Shown here: in pieces, positions 17,898 through 27,541 of the stretch | Numbering within the stretch: the first letter of the stretch is position 1 | How the letters are laid out: every line of letters starts with the position of its first letter | DNA from: Bacteroidales bacterium | GTDB lineage: Bacteria > Bacteroidota > Bacteroidia > Bacteroidales > Cfx3-03 | Assembly: GCA_023251485.1 (NCBI GenBank) | Contig: JAHEYR010000003.1 | Location: 1-50,061, forward strand | Length of the DNA: 50,061 bases | Direction: 5' to 3' | Position numbers and translations under genes: made by a program | Notes under the pieces: model-generated | Seen by the model: only the letters and a program-made list of their open reading frames with translations | The model's database searches: none | What the model was told of the DNA's origin: nothing

Positions 17898-19436
17898 ATG
17901 TTAGTAAAAACGTATGGTAGCACCATCGTTGGAATTAATGCCATTACCATTACAATTGAAGTAAATATAGATATTGGCATAGCATTTTTTTTAGTAGGAC
18001 TCCCGGATAATGCTGTAAAAGAGAGCCATCAGCGAATTGAAGCTGCTTTAAGGAATAATGGATTCAAGATCCCCCAGAAAAAGATAACGATCAATATGGC
18101 TCCTGCCGATTTACGAAAAGAGGGGTCGTCGTATGATTTAACCATCGCTATCGGCATTCTGGCTGCAAGTGAACAGATAAAGTTTGAGCAAGTCGGACAA
18201 TACATCATCATGGGTGAGCTTTCGTTGGATGGAAGTCTTCAACCCATTAAAGGAGCATTGCCAATAGCAATTGAAGCCAGGAAAAGAGGTTTCAAAGGCT
18301 TTATCCTCCCTGAACAGAATGCGCATGAAGCTGCCATAGTGAGTGATCTGGAAATCTATGGAGTTTCTAATATCAAACAAGTCATTGATTTCTTTAATGA
18401 AAAGATTGTTCTGGAGACCACCAAGGTAGATACCAGAGCAGATTTCTTCAGTACAGTTAATGAATATGAGTTTGATTTTAGCGAGGTAAAGGGTCAGGGA
18501 AATATCAAAAGAGCACTAGAGATAGCAGCAGCCGGAGGACACAACATCATTTTGATAGGGCCTCCGGGTTCAGGAAAGTCGATGTTGGCAAAAAGGCTTC
18601 CATCTATCCTGCCTCCACTAAGTTTGCACGAAGCACTCGAAACGACAAAGATCCACTCTGTGGCGGGAAAGATGAAACGACACGACACGTTGGTTTCAGT
18701 ACGACCATTCAGATCGCCACACCATACAACCTCAGATATTGCTTTAGTCGGTGGTGGCGGGAATCCACAACCGGGCGAAATTTCTTTAGCTCATAATGGA
18801 GTTTTGTTTCTTGATGAACTGCCAGAATTTAAACGTGGCGTGCTTGAGGTATTACGACAACCGCTTGAAGACAGAATTATCACTATCAGCAGAGCCAAAG
18901 GAACAGTGGAATATCCTGCCAGCTTTATGTTAGTAGCCGCTATGAATCCCTGCCCTTGTGGTTATTACAATCACCCGGACACACCCTGTGTATGCGATCC
19001 GGGATCAGTGCAAAAGTATCTGAATAAAATCTCAGGTCCCCTACTAGACCGCATTGATTTACATGTAGAGGTTGTTCCTGTTCCCTTTAGCGAACTGACG
19101 AATAACAAGAATGGAGAACAAAGTAAGGATATTAGAACACGTGTCATTGCAGCCCGGCATATTCAGGAAGAACGATTTAAAGATAAAACAGGTATCCATT
19201 GTAATGCACAGATGTCGAGCAAACTGGTTAGAGAATTTTGTAAAATTAACGACAGCGGTTTATCACTTCTGAAGACAGCCATGCAGAAACTCAACCTCTC
19301 AGCTCGAGCCTATGACAAGATCTTAAAAGTATCACGAACCATTGCCGATCTGGATAATAGTGCGGTAATTAAGACTGAACATATTGCGGAGGCTATAAAC
19401 TATCGGAATCTGGATCGCGATACTTGGGGAAGTTGA
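17898..19436 (+). CDS. comM: YifB/ComM family Mg-chelatase-like AAA+ ATPase
   Basis: VGLPDNAVKES, NMAPADLRKEG, Walker A GPPGSGKS, PFRSPHH, LFLDELPEF, AMNPCPCG, SGPLLDRID. Confidence 0.93.
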   Translation: MLVKTYGSTIVGINAITITIEVNIDIGIAFFLVGLPDNAVKESHQRIEAALRNNGFKIPQKKITINMAPADLRKEGSSYDLTIAIGILAASEQIKFEQVGQYIIMGELSLDGSLQPIKGALPIAIEARKRGFKGFILPEQNAHEAAIVSDLEIYGVSNIKQVIDFFNEKIVLETTKVDTRADFFSTVNEYEFDFSEVKGQGNIKRALEIAAAGGHNIILIGPPGSGKSMLAKRLPSILPPLSLHEALETTKIHSVAGKMKRHDTLVSVRPFRSPHHTTSDIALVGGGGNPQPGEISLAHNGVLFLDELPEFKRGVLEVLRQPLEDRIITISRAKGTVEYPASFMLVAAMNPCPCGYYNHPDTPCVCDPGSVQKYLNKISGPLLDRIDLHVEVVPVPFSELTNNKNGEQSKDIRTRVIAARHIQEERFKDKTGIHCNAQMSSKLVREFCKINDSGLSLLKTAMQKLNLSARAYDKILKVSRTIADLDNSAVIKTEHIAEAINYRNLDRDTWGS

Positions 19437-19465
19437 TACTTATTTAAAGAAATAATTATAATAGG

Positions 19466-19683
19466 GATCAGCCCAAAAAGTTGGGGAGCTTTTGTTTGTT
19501 CACGCTATCCAAAGCATTCCCACCGAAGCCGTCATTCCGACCTTTTGGGAGGAATCTACTATTTCATTGTGAACAGCTATTAGCAGATTTCTCCCAAAAG
19601 GTCGAAATGGCAGGGGATTATTTTATACAATCAATTTGTTTTAGAGAGGCCGTCATTATTTCTCTCAACTTTTCAGACTGATC
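19466..19683. mobile_element. MITE-like element with imperfect terminal inverted repeats
   Basis: Left end GATCAGCCCAAAAAGTTG vs reverse complement of right end GATCAGTCTGAAAAGTTG (15/18 identical); ~218 bp; no transposase. Confidence 0.5.
19531..19611. repeat. long palindromic repeat (GTCATTYCGA...TCGAAATGRC type)
   Basis: 31-bp arms GTCATTCCGACCTTTTGGGAGGAATCTACTA and TAGCAGATTTCTCCCAAAAGGTCGAAATGGC (27/31 complementary) with a 19-nt loop. Confidence 0.8.
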
Positions 19684-19702
19684 TATTTTATTCGTACAAG
19701 TG

Positions 19703-19775
19703 ATGGTGGTGATATTTACAACTTGAGGATGACTTAAAGCAAAATGAAGTCGCTCCTTTTGCATATCACCACCAT
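19703..19775. repeat. extended hairpin with a 13-bp perfect outer stem
   Basis: ATGGTGGTGATAT ... ATATCACCACCAT, with an inner imperfect stem GGATGACTT/AAGTCGCTCC. Confidence 0.65.
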
Positions 19776-19819
19776 AGTTTTCAAACTTATTACATCAATT
19801 ACCAATAAAAACCTTAAGG

Positions 19820-20417
19820 CTAATTATTTTGAATCTGAATATTTGTTTCAACTAAGAAATCAGATATCCTGTCATCCTCTTTGAAAAACACTTGATTTAT
19901 ATTCATCTTGATAGGATTGTACAAATCTTTTGGGAATAAACCGCTTTTAAATTCTTGTAATAACTGATCCTTGTTAGCAATGCTATATAACCCGACAAAA
20001 CGCCCCTTTCCTCTATTAATAGCTCCAATTTTCAATAAATAATGCGTTATCAAATGCTTTTCTGTTCCACCTGCTTTATTCTTAGTAACTAAAAAGTAAT
20101 CCTTCACATAAAAAGCCCTTATGTTTTGGATTGTGTTATACGTGTTGCTTAAAATCGCTTTTTTTGTAGTTTTTTTGCAATAAGTAACAGTTTCCAACGT
20201 ACAACCGGCTTGAACAACATCATTCACATTGATAAAAAGATCGCCATCAACTAACAACTGTTTGCTATCCTTATAGATACCAAAGATCATTTCAACGATC
20301 TCGTTGTCTGAATACTGTTCGATATCACTAGACTTTCCATAGTCTACGTATCTTAAACCACTTGTTTCTGGATTTCTACGGATTTGATTAATAATTTCTT
20401 TCCGTACTTTTTTTCAT
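19820..20417 (-). pseudogene. hypothetical protein with a +1 frameshift in an A7 tract right after the probable ATG
   Basis: The 156-aa ORF frame stays open 41 codons upstream (KKVRKEIINQIRRNPETSGLRYVDYGK...). The ATG at 20417 followed by A7 is out of frame by one base; A6 would give MKKVRKE... Confidence 0.6.
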
Positions 20418-20626
20418 ATTCATATCATTTAATTTTTGATTATTCTATAAAATTACAAATTAATTAAACATTATTATGCATTGGAATCGGAATTAAATAG
20501 ATTATTGAGACAATAAATTATATAACAAAGAAAACATGAAAGCATCAGTCAATTCAGGATGACTTTTTCCTAATTTCTTATGAAACGCCCTTGTTATTCA
20601 TATTTGCATTATTGATAATACTAAAG

Positions 20627-20634
20627 TAACTTTG
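20627..20634 (+). promoter_or_regulatory. Bacteroidota -7 promoter box
   Basis: TAACTTTG 37 nt upstream of the MarR ATG. Confidence 0.55.
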
Positions 20635-20671
20635 CAAAGAAAATTTAGTAATTTACTTTAATAATTATGTC

Positions 20672-21103
20672 ATGCCAGAAATCAATGTTAACGAACTAGC
20701 GGCAAGATTACGAATGACAGTATCCCGTTTAGTAAAAATTGTCAGAAGTGAGGTAAAACATGATGCGTTACTTTCTTTAACTGAACGTTCTACCTTGTCG
20801 ATGATATATCAACATTCAGAAATACTTCCCTCGGAATTAGCTGCGATAGAAAAGGTGACCAGCCAATCTATGTCGCAAATCATCAATAAGCTCTCGCATA
20901 ATGGTTTCATAAATAAAACCCCTTCCACTGAGGACAAAAGAAAAGTTATTATCACGATCACGGCACAGGGGAGGGAATTTATTGAACTGAAAAGGAACAA
21001 GAGCCAGGAATGGCTGGCAAAAGCTATTTCAGAAAAGACTACCGAGGCTGAAAAGGAAATAATTATGCAAGCAATTACAATACTGACAAGACTTGTCGAT
21101 TAA
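20672..21103 (+). CDS. MarR family transcriptional regulator
   Basis: LSLTERSTL, PSELAAIEKVTSQSMSQIINKL, DKRKVIITIT. Confidence 0.92.
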   Translation: MPEINVNELAARLRMTVSRLVKIVRSEVKHDALLSLTERSTLSMIYQHSEILPSELAAIEKVTSQSMSQIINKLSHNGFINKTPSTEDKRKVIITITAQGREFIELKRNKSQEWLAKAISEKTTEAEKEIIMQAITILTRLVD

Positions 21104-21108
21104 ACCAG

Positions 21109-22380
21109 ATGAATACCAATATATTTAGGGCGTTTCACAGTCGCAATTACAGCTTATATTTCGCTGGGCAATCGGTATCGCTGATCGGGACATGGATGCA
21201 GCGCACTGCGGTCTATTGGCTGGTATTTGTACAAACCCATTCAACTTTTATGCTGGGTCTGGCTGTATTTGCAACGCAATTTCCTTCGTTTCTTTTTTCA
21301 CCTTGGGGTGGTGTTATATCTGACAGATATAGCCGTTATCGCGTTACGCTCATCACTCAAATAGCATCTATGATTCAGGCTTCGCTGCTTGCTGCATTGG
21401 TTATCTTCACCCATTATACGGTTTGGGAGATATTTGCACTCAGTGTTGTGTTGGGCATTATCAATGCTTTTGACCTGCCAGCCCGACAATCGATGGTGAA
21501 TGAAATGGTCGATAAGAAAGAAGATCTGCCAAATGCTATTGCACTTAATTCGTCGATGGCAAAATTAGCATGGCTAATAGGACCTGCTATTTCGGGTATC
21601 GTGTTAGAGAAACTCGGTGCCGGAACTTGCTTTCTGATCAATGCATTCAGTTATATGGCAGTCATAGCCTCGCTCTTATGTATGAATTTTCCGGCCTTTA
21701 TACCCCATGACCATTCAAAAAAAGTAATGAAGGAATTTAAAGAAGGGTTTGTTTATCTAAAGGAGACTCCTTCTATCGGACTGTTAATTTTAATGCTCGC
21801 TTGTGTCAGTTTATTTGTGTTGCCTTACAACACGTTGCTGCCTGTTTATGCAAAGATTATTTTCAAAGGAACAGCCTCTACTTTTGGTTATCTGAACAGT
21901 TTCATAGGACTTGGAGCACTCATTGGCGCTTTCTTTCTGGTATCCTTAAAGTCGAGCGCCAATTTAACAAAAATACTGGTTATCAATCTAGTGATATTTG
22001 GGGCTGCATTAGTTCTGTTCTCTCACATGACAAATTTCCCGATTGCCTTGTTCTTTGCGATGCTGGCAGGTTTCGCGATGATGTCGCAAACGACCATTGG
22101 CAACACCATTATTCAAACCAACGCATCTGCTGAAATGAGAGGAAGGGTTATCAGCTTTTTCGCAATGGCCTTATTTGGGATGCAGCCTTTGGGAGGATTA
22201 TTGATTGGTTCAGTATCACAATATATAGGCGCACCTAATACTGTTTTAGCTGAGGGGATTGCTGCTATTTCAACAGCTCTAATATTTGCACCACTTCTAA
22301 GAAAAAACAAGGCTAAAGGAAAAGACGATCGAAAATCGACTGAAACAGAAGCTCTAATGGAGACAACAAATCACGAATAA
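21109..22380 (+). CDS. MFS transporter (MFS_3/DHA3-like)
   Basis: GQSVSLIGTWMQ, GGVISDRYSR, FDLPARQS, MRGRV; about 12 hydrophobic segments. Confidence 0.92.
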   Translation: MNTNIFRAFHSRNYSLYFAGQSVSLIGTWMQRTAVYWLVFVQTHSTFMLGLAVFATQFPSFLFSPWGGVISDRYSRYRVTLITQIASMIQASLLAALVIFTHYTVWEIFALSVVLGIINAFDLPARQSMVNEMVDKKEDLPNAIALNSSMAKLAWLIGPAISGIVLEKLGAGTCFLINAFSYMAVIASLLCMNFPAFIPHDHSKKVMKEFKEGFVYLKETPSIGLLILMLACVSLFVLPYNTLLPVYAKIIFKGTASTFGYLNSFIGLGALIGAFFLVSLKSSANLTKILVINLVIFGAALVLFSHMTNFPIALFFAMLAGFAMMSQTTIGNTIIQTNASAEMRGRVISFFAMALFGMQPLGGLLIGSVSQYIGAPNTVLAEGIAAISTALIFAPLLRKNKAKGKDDRKSTETEALMETTNHE

Positions 22381-22503
22381 GAATGGAAAAGGGACTCATG
22401 TAGCAGAAGGAAATTGCATAATTCCGATTACTGTTTTTAATGCATTGCGGAACCACATCACACGTATTAAAAAAAAGAAAATTCACTTATTAAGTTCTAA
22501 GAT

Positions 22504-22821
22504 ATGGAAACAATACTATGGTATAATTACCTCGCTGCATTTTTTGCAGGAGCCATTCTAGCAAACGCAGTACCACATTTTACACATGGGATTTCGGGAG
22601 ATAAATTCCCAACTCCGTTTGCTAAGCCACATGGAAAAGGACTTTCGTCGCCTGTCACTAACACATTATGGGCGTGCTGTAATCTATTGGCCGGTTATAT
22701 TCTATTCAGTGTAAGTAATATCGCTTCAAATAACAAAATTTTACTGCTGGTATTTTTCATCGGAATAGTTTCTATCAGTTTACTGTCAAGCAACACCTTT
22801 TCAAAAAAAGAAAAAGAATAA
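22504..22821 (+). CDS. small hypothetical membrane protein
   Basis: About 3 hydrophobic segments; NAVPHF..G..G..FPTPFA.P.G.G.SSP motif; stop overlaps the next ATG. Confidence 0.8.
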   Translation: METILWYNYLAAFFAGAILANAVPHFTHGISGDKFPTPFAKPHGKGLSSPVTNTLWACCNLLAGYILFSVSNIASNNKILLLVFFIGIVSISLLSSNTFSKKEKE

Positions 22822-23399
22822 TGGAACAGAATAATCATCATCAAAACACGGCACTATTAGTAATGGATGTCCAGCATGCTACTGTAAAAAATTTAAAGGA
22901 TAGTACAGCTTTCTTTAATTCGCTGGAAAACGCCATTCAAACAGCCCGGAACAACAAGATACTGGTCATCTATGTTGTACTTGGATTTAGAAAGAACTAC
23001 CCAGAAGCTAGTCCGAATAATAAATCGTTTTCGCGACTAAAGAACGGGGTCATGAATCTAGATACGGAAGAAGCAACACGAATTCATGAATCGATTGCAC
23101 CACAACCTGATGATATCATTGTAACAAAAAAGAGAGTGAGCGCATTTACAGGTAGTGACTTGGAAGTGGTATTAAGATCGTTCGAAATAAAACATCTTGT
23201 GCTTACAGGCATTGCAACCAGTGGAGTGGTTTTATCAACCTTACGTGAAGCAGCCGATAAAGATTATGTACTCACTGTCCTTTCTGATTGTTGCGCGGAT
23301 ATGGACGAAGAAGTTCATCGGGTGCTTACAACCAAAATCTTCACCCGGCAGGCAGAAGTGATTAAAACAAAAGAATGGCGGGCTAATAACAAACTATAA
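22821..23399 (+). CDS. isochorismatase-family cysteine hydrolase
   Basis: ALLVMDVQ, KKRVSAFTGSDL, GIATSGVVLST, DCCAD. Confidence 0.9.
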   Translation: MEQNNHHQNTALLVMDVQHATVKNLKDSTAFFNSLENAIQTARNNKILVIYVVLGFRKNYPEASPNNKSFSRLKNGVMNLDTEEATRIHESIAPQPDDIIVTKKRVSAFTGSDLEVVLRSFEIKHLVLTGIATSGVVLSTLREAADKDYVLTVLSDCCADMDEEVHRVLTTKIFTRQAEVIKTKEWRANNKL

Positions 23400-23427
23400 T
23401 ACTCAATAATTCAAACGCTCCCTTTTA

Positions 23428-23901
23428 TTAATTATGCAGATCTAAGTCGGTTGTATTATCGAACACGGGTGTTTGCAGTTCGTGTGATATTTCATTGGCG
23501 ACTTTGATAATGAAATCACCATCTCCCGACAGAAGCTCTATCTCTTTATGAGGTAAAACCATGACAAGTTTAAATACTTCATCTGTTTCAGTTCTGCTGA
23601 TAGAAAGGACACTCATGACTTGAGTTTCGCGGGTCTTAATTATCTGAAGCTTTAATAACGACTTTATACTTTCCCATTCGCCTCTTCGAATTGCAAAAAA
23701 CCCAATATATCTTTTTAATCGTCGTTTGTCCGTATCTATTATTATTCCTGATTTCAGGAAAAGGCAAAGTAATGATATTACGAAAACTAACAGTCCTTTC
23801 CAATCTAGAAGCACCATTCTCCAAATACTGACACCAAACAATATAACCCCCAAATAAATAAAATTTGGAGGGAGACTACCTGTCTTGTATTTTAAAATCA
23901 T
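23428..23901 (-). CDS. hypothetical membrane protein
   Basis: Two N-terminal TM segments followed by a soluble domain; probable start MILKYK at 23901. Confidence 0.7.
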   Translation of the reverse strand: MILKYKTGSLPPNFIYLGVILFGVSIWRMVLLDWKGLLVFVISLLCLFLKSGIIIDTDKRRLKRYIGFFAIRRGEWESIKSLLKLQIIKTRETQVMSVLSISRTETDEVFKLVMVLPHKEIELLSGDGDFIIKVANEISHELQTPVFDNTTDLDLHN

Positions 23902-24035
23902 CGTGTTATTCTTATATCGGTTTCGAAATATCCATTTGATGTCTTTATCCAGTTGAAATATCTGGATTGTAGTCATCCAAAGCTTTATGCCAAATAGTAT
24001 GATAATCTGTTATATTTTAGCCAATTCATTTTCTC

Positions 24036-25118
24036 TTACTGCAAATTTTTAACCGCATCAAACAACGCAATTATGTTTTCGACAGGAGTGTCAGGCTGGA
24101 TATTATGTGCAGGCGCTATGATATAACCACCCTCATTACCTAATATTTCTACTCTACGTTGCACCTCTGCTTTAATACTTTCGGGAGTGCCATTTGGCAA
24201 CAGATCCTGAACACAAATGCCACCAAAGAATATCAAGTCCTTTCCAAAGTTTTGTTTTAGAAATTCAGGATTCATTCCTTTAGCTAAAGGCTGAATCGGA
24301 TTTAAAATATCCAATCCGATCTCAATAAAATCAGGAATCAGATCGACCACTGCACCACAAGTATGCCACGCTATTTTAATTTCAGGGTTTATCTGTTTGA
24401 ATTCATCAAACATCTTTTTTATTCTGGGCTTAAAATATTTCCGCCAGGTATCCATGTCCATCATCGTTGACTGTTGACTTCCAAAATCATCGCCACACCA
24501 AATCACATCGGCACCACAACGAATAAGTTCTTTTCCTGTTTCGGTATTTATATAAGCAACCTTATCCAGTAAGGCTTCAACATAGGGTGTCTCCAATAAC
24601 AAATCGACAAGAAATTTCTCTAATCCGACGAGATACCATGATGTTTCAAAAATAGAACACTCAAGGTCTGCTATTATTCCATAATCTTTGCCATACTTCT
24701 GAATGGCAGCCCTTGCCATGTCAAAACGTCCTTTTGCGAATGGATCAGGAAATGGATATGCCTCAATGTCTGCAACAGTTTCGGCGTGACTCAACGGATA
24801 AGAATAGAATTCGTTGTAGAGTCCGGCATCTTTGAAAACCATCCCCCATTCGTTAATAATTAATCCATCGGGAGTAGTAACAGTTGGGCTATCAGCCGGT
24901 GCTGTTGCAGCAACGCCAATCGCATCAACACCCATGTGCGTTAGCAAACCCATGTGCGAAATACGTGTCGATAACAATGAGTCTATTGGCGTTTCATAAG
25001 GCAGTCTTAAATGAGCTGAAAGCATTTGCGCAACCTGAGGTGTTAAGGATGCATAAAATGGCGTTCTATCAGGTTTTCTTCCATTTATTGTAGCTAGAAA
25101 TCGCTCCCTTGAATTCAT
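24036..25118 (-). CDS. uroporphyrinogen decarboxylase-fold protein (MtaA/CmuA-like)
   Basis: MNSRERF, PDRTP, GDDFGSQ, metal-binding HTCG, LNPIQP, FFGGI, PAHNIQPDTP. Confidence 0.88.
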   Translation of the reverse strand: MNSRERFLATINGRKPDRTPFYASLTPQVAQMLSAHLRLPYETPIDSLLSTRISHMGLLTHMGVDAIGVAATAPADSPTVTTPDGLIINEWGMVFKDAGLYNEFYSYPLSHAETVADIEAYPFPDPFAKGRFDMARAAIQKYGKDYGIIADLECSIFETSWYLVGLEKFLVDLLLETPYVEALLDKVAYINTETGKELIRCGADVIWCGDDFGSQQSTMMDMDTWRKYFKPRIKKMFDEFKQINPEIKIAWHTCGAVVDLIPDFIEIGLDILNPIQPLAKGMNPEFLKQNFGKDLIFFGGICVQDLLPNGTPESIKAEVQRRVEILGNEGGYIIAPAHNIQPDTPVENIIALFDAVKNLQ

Positions 25119-25367
25119 AGTCTCTTACTTTATGATTTGCAGTAACCGTACTAAAACATTGCATTTTGCATTTCCTACAATGCATCGTCTTTTATTCATT
25201 GTGCTTTCACAAATATAAGAAGAAAGGAGAAAGATTTATATACTAAATACTGCACATTATTTCAACCCTATAACAGATGCATTTTCTTTTGAAGCCTGCC
25301 AATACGCCACGTTTATATTATTTTTTCTTTTTTCAAACATCTTTATCAATCATATTGTCTTAAGATC

Positions 25368-25781
25368 TTATTTATGAACAGACAAAGGCTTTCCTTTCTC
25401 TCCCATAAAAAATGCTATTAATACGACATTTTCTTTTCCCTTATTTATACCATTATGCATGGTCTCTAATACCTCTGCAAAAGAAGTGTTTTCAGGAAAT
25501 TGCATCGTTTTTTTATTCTCTAATTCCACTGTAAGATTTCCCTTTAAAACATAAGCAAACACGGGAAATGTATGTTTGTGCCAACCTGTCGATTGTCCGG
25601 GCTGAAGTGTGATTTTAGATATCGTTACTTCAGCGTTTTTAAAGTCAGGGTAATTGATTTTTTGGCCTATCGAGGTTGTATCTGTTTTTAATACGGTCTC
25701 AATAATAATACCTTTATTGTATTGAGCTTTTAACCCAAAACAGATACATATTGCAATAATTGTTAGTGTTAGTCTTTTCAT
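25368..25781 (-). CDS. secreted cupin-domain protein
   Basis: Signal peptide from MKRLTL (ATG at 25781); TGWHKH...YVLKG...E...H cupin motifs. Confidence 0.85.
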   Translation of the reverse strand: MKRLTLTIIAICICFGLKAQYNKGIIIETVLKTDTTSIGQKINYPDFKNAEVTISKITLQPGQSTGWHKHTFPVFAYVLKGNLTVELENKKTMQFPENTSFAEVLETMHNGINKGKENVVLIAFFMGEKGKPLSVHK

Positions 25782-25853
25782 TTTCCTTGTTTTTAATCTC
25801 CACAAAAATGGATATAATTGGTAATTACAAACATACGATATGACTTATAAAAT

Positions 25854-26501
25854 CTACATTAACTTAATCAGCCCATGCATTTTCAGAAATTCTATTCCTC
25901 CATCAAAGATCATCTGTACGCCAATGGTGGCAATGATTAATCCAATAATTCGAACAAGTGCTGACATCACATTCAATTTAATCAATACCCTACCAATATT
26001 TTTGGCATAAAGCATTACAATCAGATTAACACCAAGCGCAGCAAAGATGGCACACACGGTAACAAGGGATCCATATTGTGCAGGAAAAGTTACGGTGGCA
26101 GTTATTGTACCGGGACCAGCAATCATCGGAATAGCAAGAGGTACTGATGAAATATCCTTCACACTAACATCTTTTCCGATATTAAGCAATACACCCTTTT
26201 GCAGTGCAATCCAACCACTATAAACAAGAACGAATCCGCACATCACTCGAAATGAGTATAATTGAATCCGAAAGACATATCCAAAAATAATATTCCCGAA
26301 AATCTGGAAAATAATCAGAATAATAAAAGCCGTGATAGATGATTTGATAGAAAGATAGCGTAACTCATTGTCGGTCATCTGCCCCTGTAAGGAATTAATA
26401 ACAAAAATCTTTTGGATCGGATTTATTAAAGCCAAAAATGTAACAAACGAGCTAAGGAAAAAAGCTGTTTTAAATGTAAAAAGTGTATCAAGAATTAGCA
26501 T
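25854..26501 (-). CDS. MarC family membrane protein
   Basis: LINP, VPLAIPMIAGPGTIT, RIIGLIIATIGVQMI; start uncertain (ATG at 26501 chosen). Confidence 0.9.
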   Translation of the reverse strand: MLILDTLFTFKTAFFLSSFVTFLALINPIQKIFVINSLQGQMTDNELRYLSIKSSITAFIILIIFQIFGNIIFGYVFRIQLYSFRVMCGFVLVYSGWIALQKGVLLNIGKDVSVKDISSVPLAIPMIAGPGTITATVTFPAQYGSLVTVCAIFAALGVNLIVMLYAKNIGRVLIKLNVMSALVRIIGLIIATIGVQMIFDGGIEFLKMHGLIKLM

Positions 26502-26852
26502 AACCGGTATATTAAAAAAGAATAATAACATTACTTACAAATCTGACTGATACCATAACGATAGACTAGTCATTTCAAAGAATTCGTTTTATTTGAAACG
26601 ATTTCAACTCATAATTAGTATCTATGTGTTTGCACAAATACTATTCCCTTTTAACGCACTCGCTATTTAATCTGTAATCAACACTCGATCCCTATCCATA
26701 TGATTATTTCAATGAAAATCAAACAGCATTATAGGCTACTATTTCCAGAAAATGTCACGCGAATTAAAAAATAAAAACGTCAGGATGGTAATTATTTTTC
26801 GTACTTTTGGAACATATTAAGTTTTTAGTCAGTTTTTCCAAGATGTCTGAAA

Positions 26853-27443
26853 ATGGATATAAGTGAATCAAATTTATGCATTGCAAATGAATGCTTTGCA
26901 GAATATGGGTACAACGAAACATCTGTTAAAATACTATCCAACGCGATGAGTATTTCCAGTAACATGTTTTATTATCTATTTAAAAACAAAGAGTCTTTGT
27001 TCAAAATAGTTCTAGCAGATGAAATTGAACAGTTTAAGATCCTTACGGATCGACTAGTTAAAAGACAGACTGATTCAATCAACAGTCTTTGCGCTTATGT
27101 TACGGCACGGACGATGGGCTTACAAAAGTCAAAGAACTTGTTACTTGTAATAAATGATAAAAGCCTCTCTCAAAGGTTTTTAACACAAGAGTTACTACAA
27201 GATTATAAGGATTTTGAAACCCTGTATCTGAAAAATATTTTACAGTCAGGAGTTCAAACCGGAGAATTTGAGATTGAAGATACAAAACTGGAAGTATCTG
27301 CAATTACATCGGCCCTTCAGCAGCTGGGGAGATCACTGAATCAGTTTTCAATAATTGATAAAAGTGAAAAAAATCTCCAGCAGATGCTAGATACTTTATT
27401 AATCGGGATTCTAAAACAGCAAACAACAACTCTAAATAGCTAG
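26853..27443 (+). CDS. TetR/AcrR family regulator with a divergent HTH
   Basis: FAEYGYNETSV...YYLFKNKESLF; GVQTGEF; TACTTTTG box at 26802-26809; upstream of the efflux cluster. Confidence 0.8.
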   Translation: MDISESNLCIANECFAEYGYNETSVKILSNAMSISSNMFYYLFKNKESLFKIVLADEIEQFKILTDRLVKRQTDSINSLCAYVTARTMGLQKSKNLLLVINDKSLSQRFLTQELLQDYKDFETLYLKNILQSGVQTGEFEIEDTKLEVSAITSALQQLGRSLNQFSIIDKSEKNLQQMLDTLLIGILKQQTTTLNS

Positions 27444-27541
27444 GAAGAGAATAACAGCTAATACAAACACCTGAATTTCATCATTAAATTGTAGTATCAG
27501 TATTTTTTTTAATTTTGACAATACTATTAAAAGCAGAAAAA

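Noticed and set aside
17898-19436. comM disrupted by an integrated element
   Set aside because: The ORF is full length with all motifs, and no integrase or duplicated comM fragment was seen.
19481-19681. 66-aa ORF as a real gene
   Set aside because: It lies inside the MITE-like/palindromic repeat, starts with TTG and shows no protein-like features.
19703-19775. Integron attC site
   Set aside because: No convincing RYYYAAC/GTTRRRY boxes at the stem ends, no second site and no integrase.
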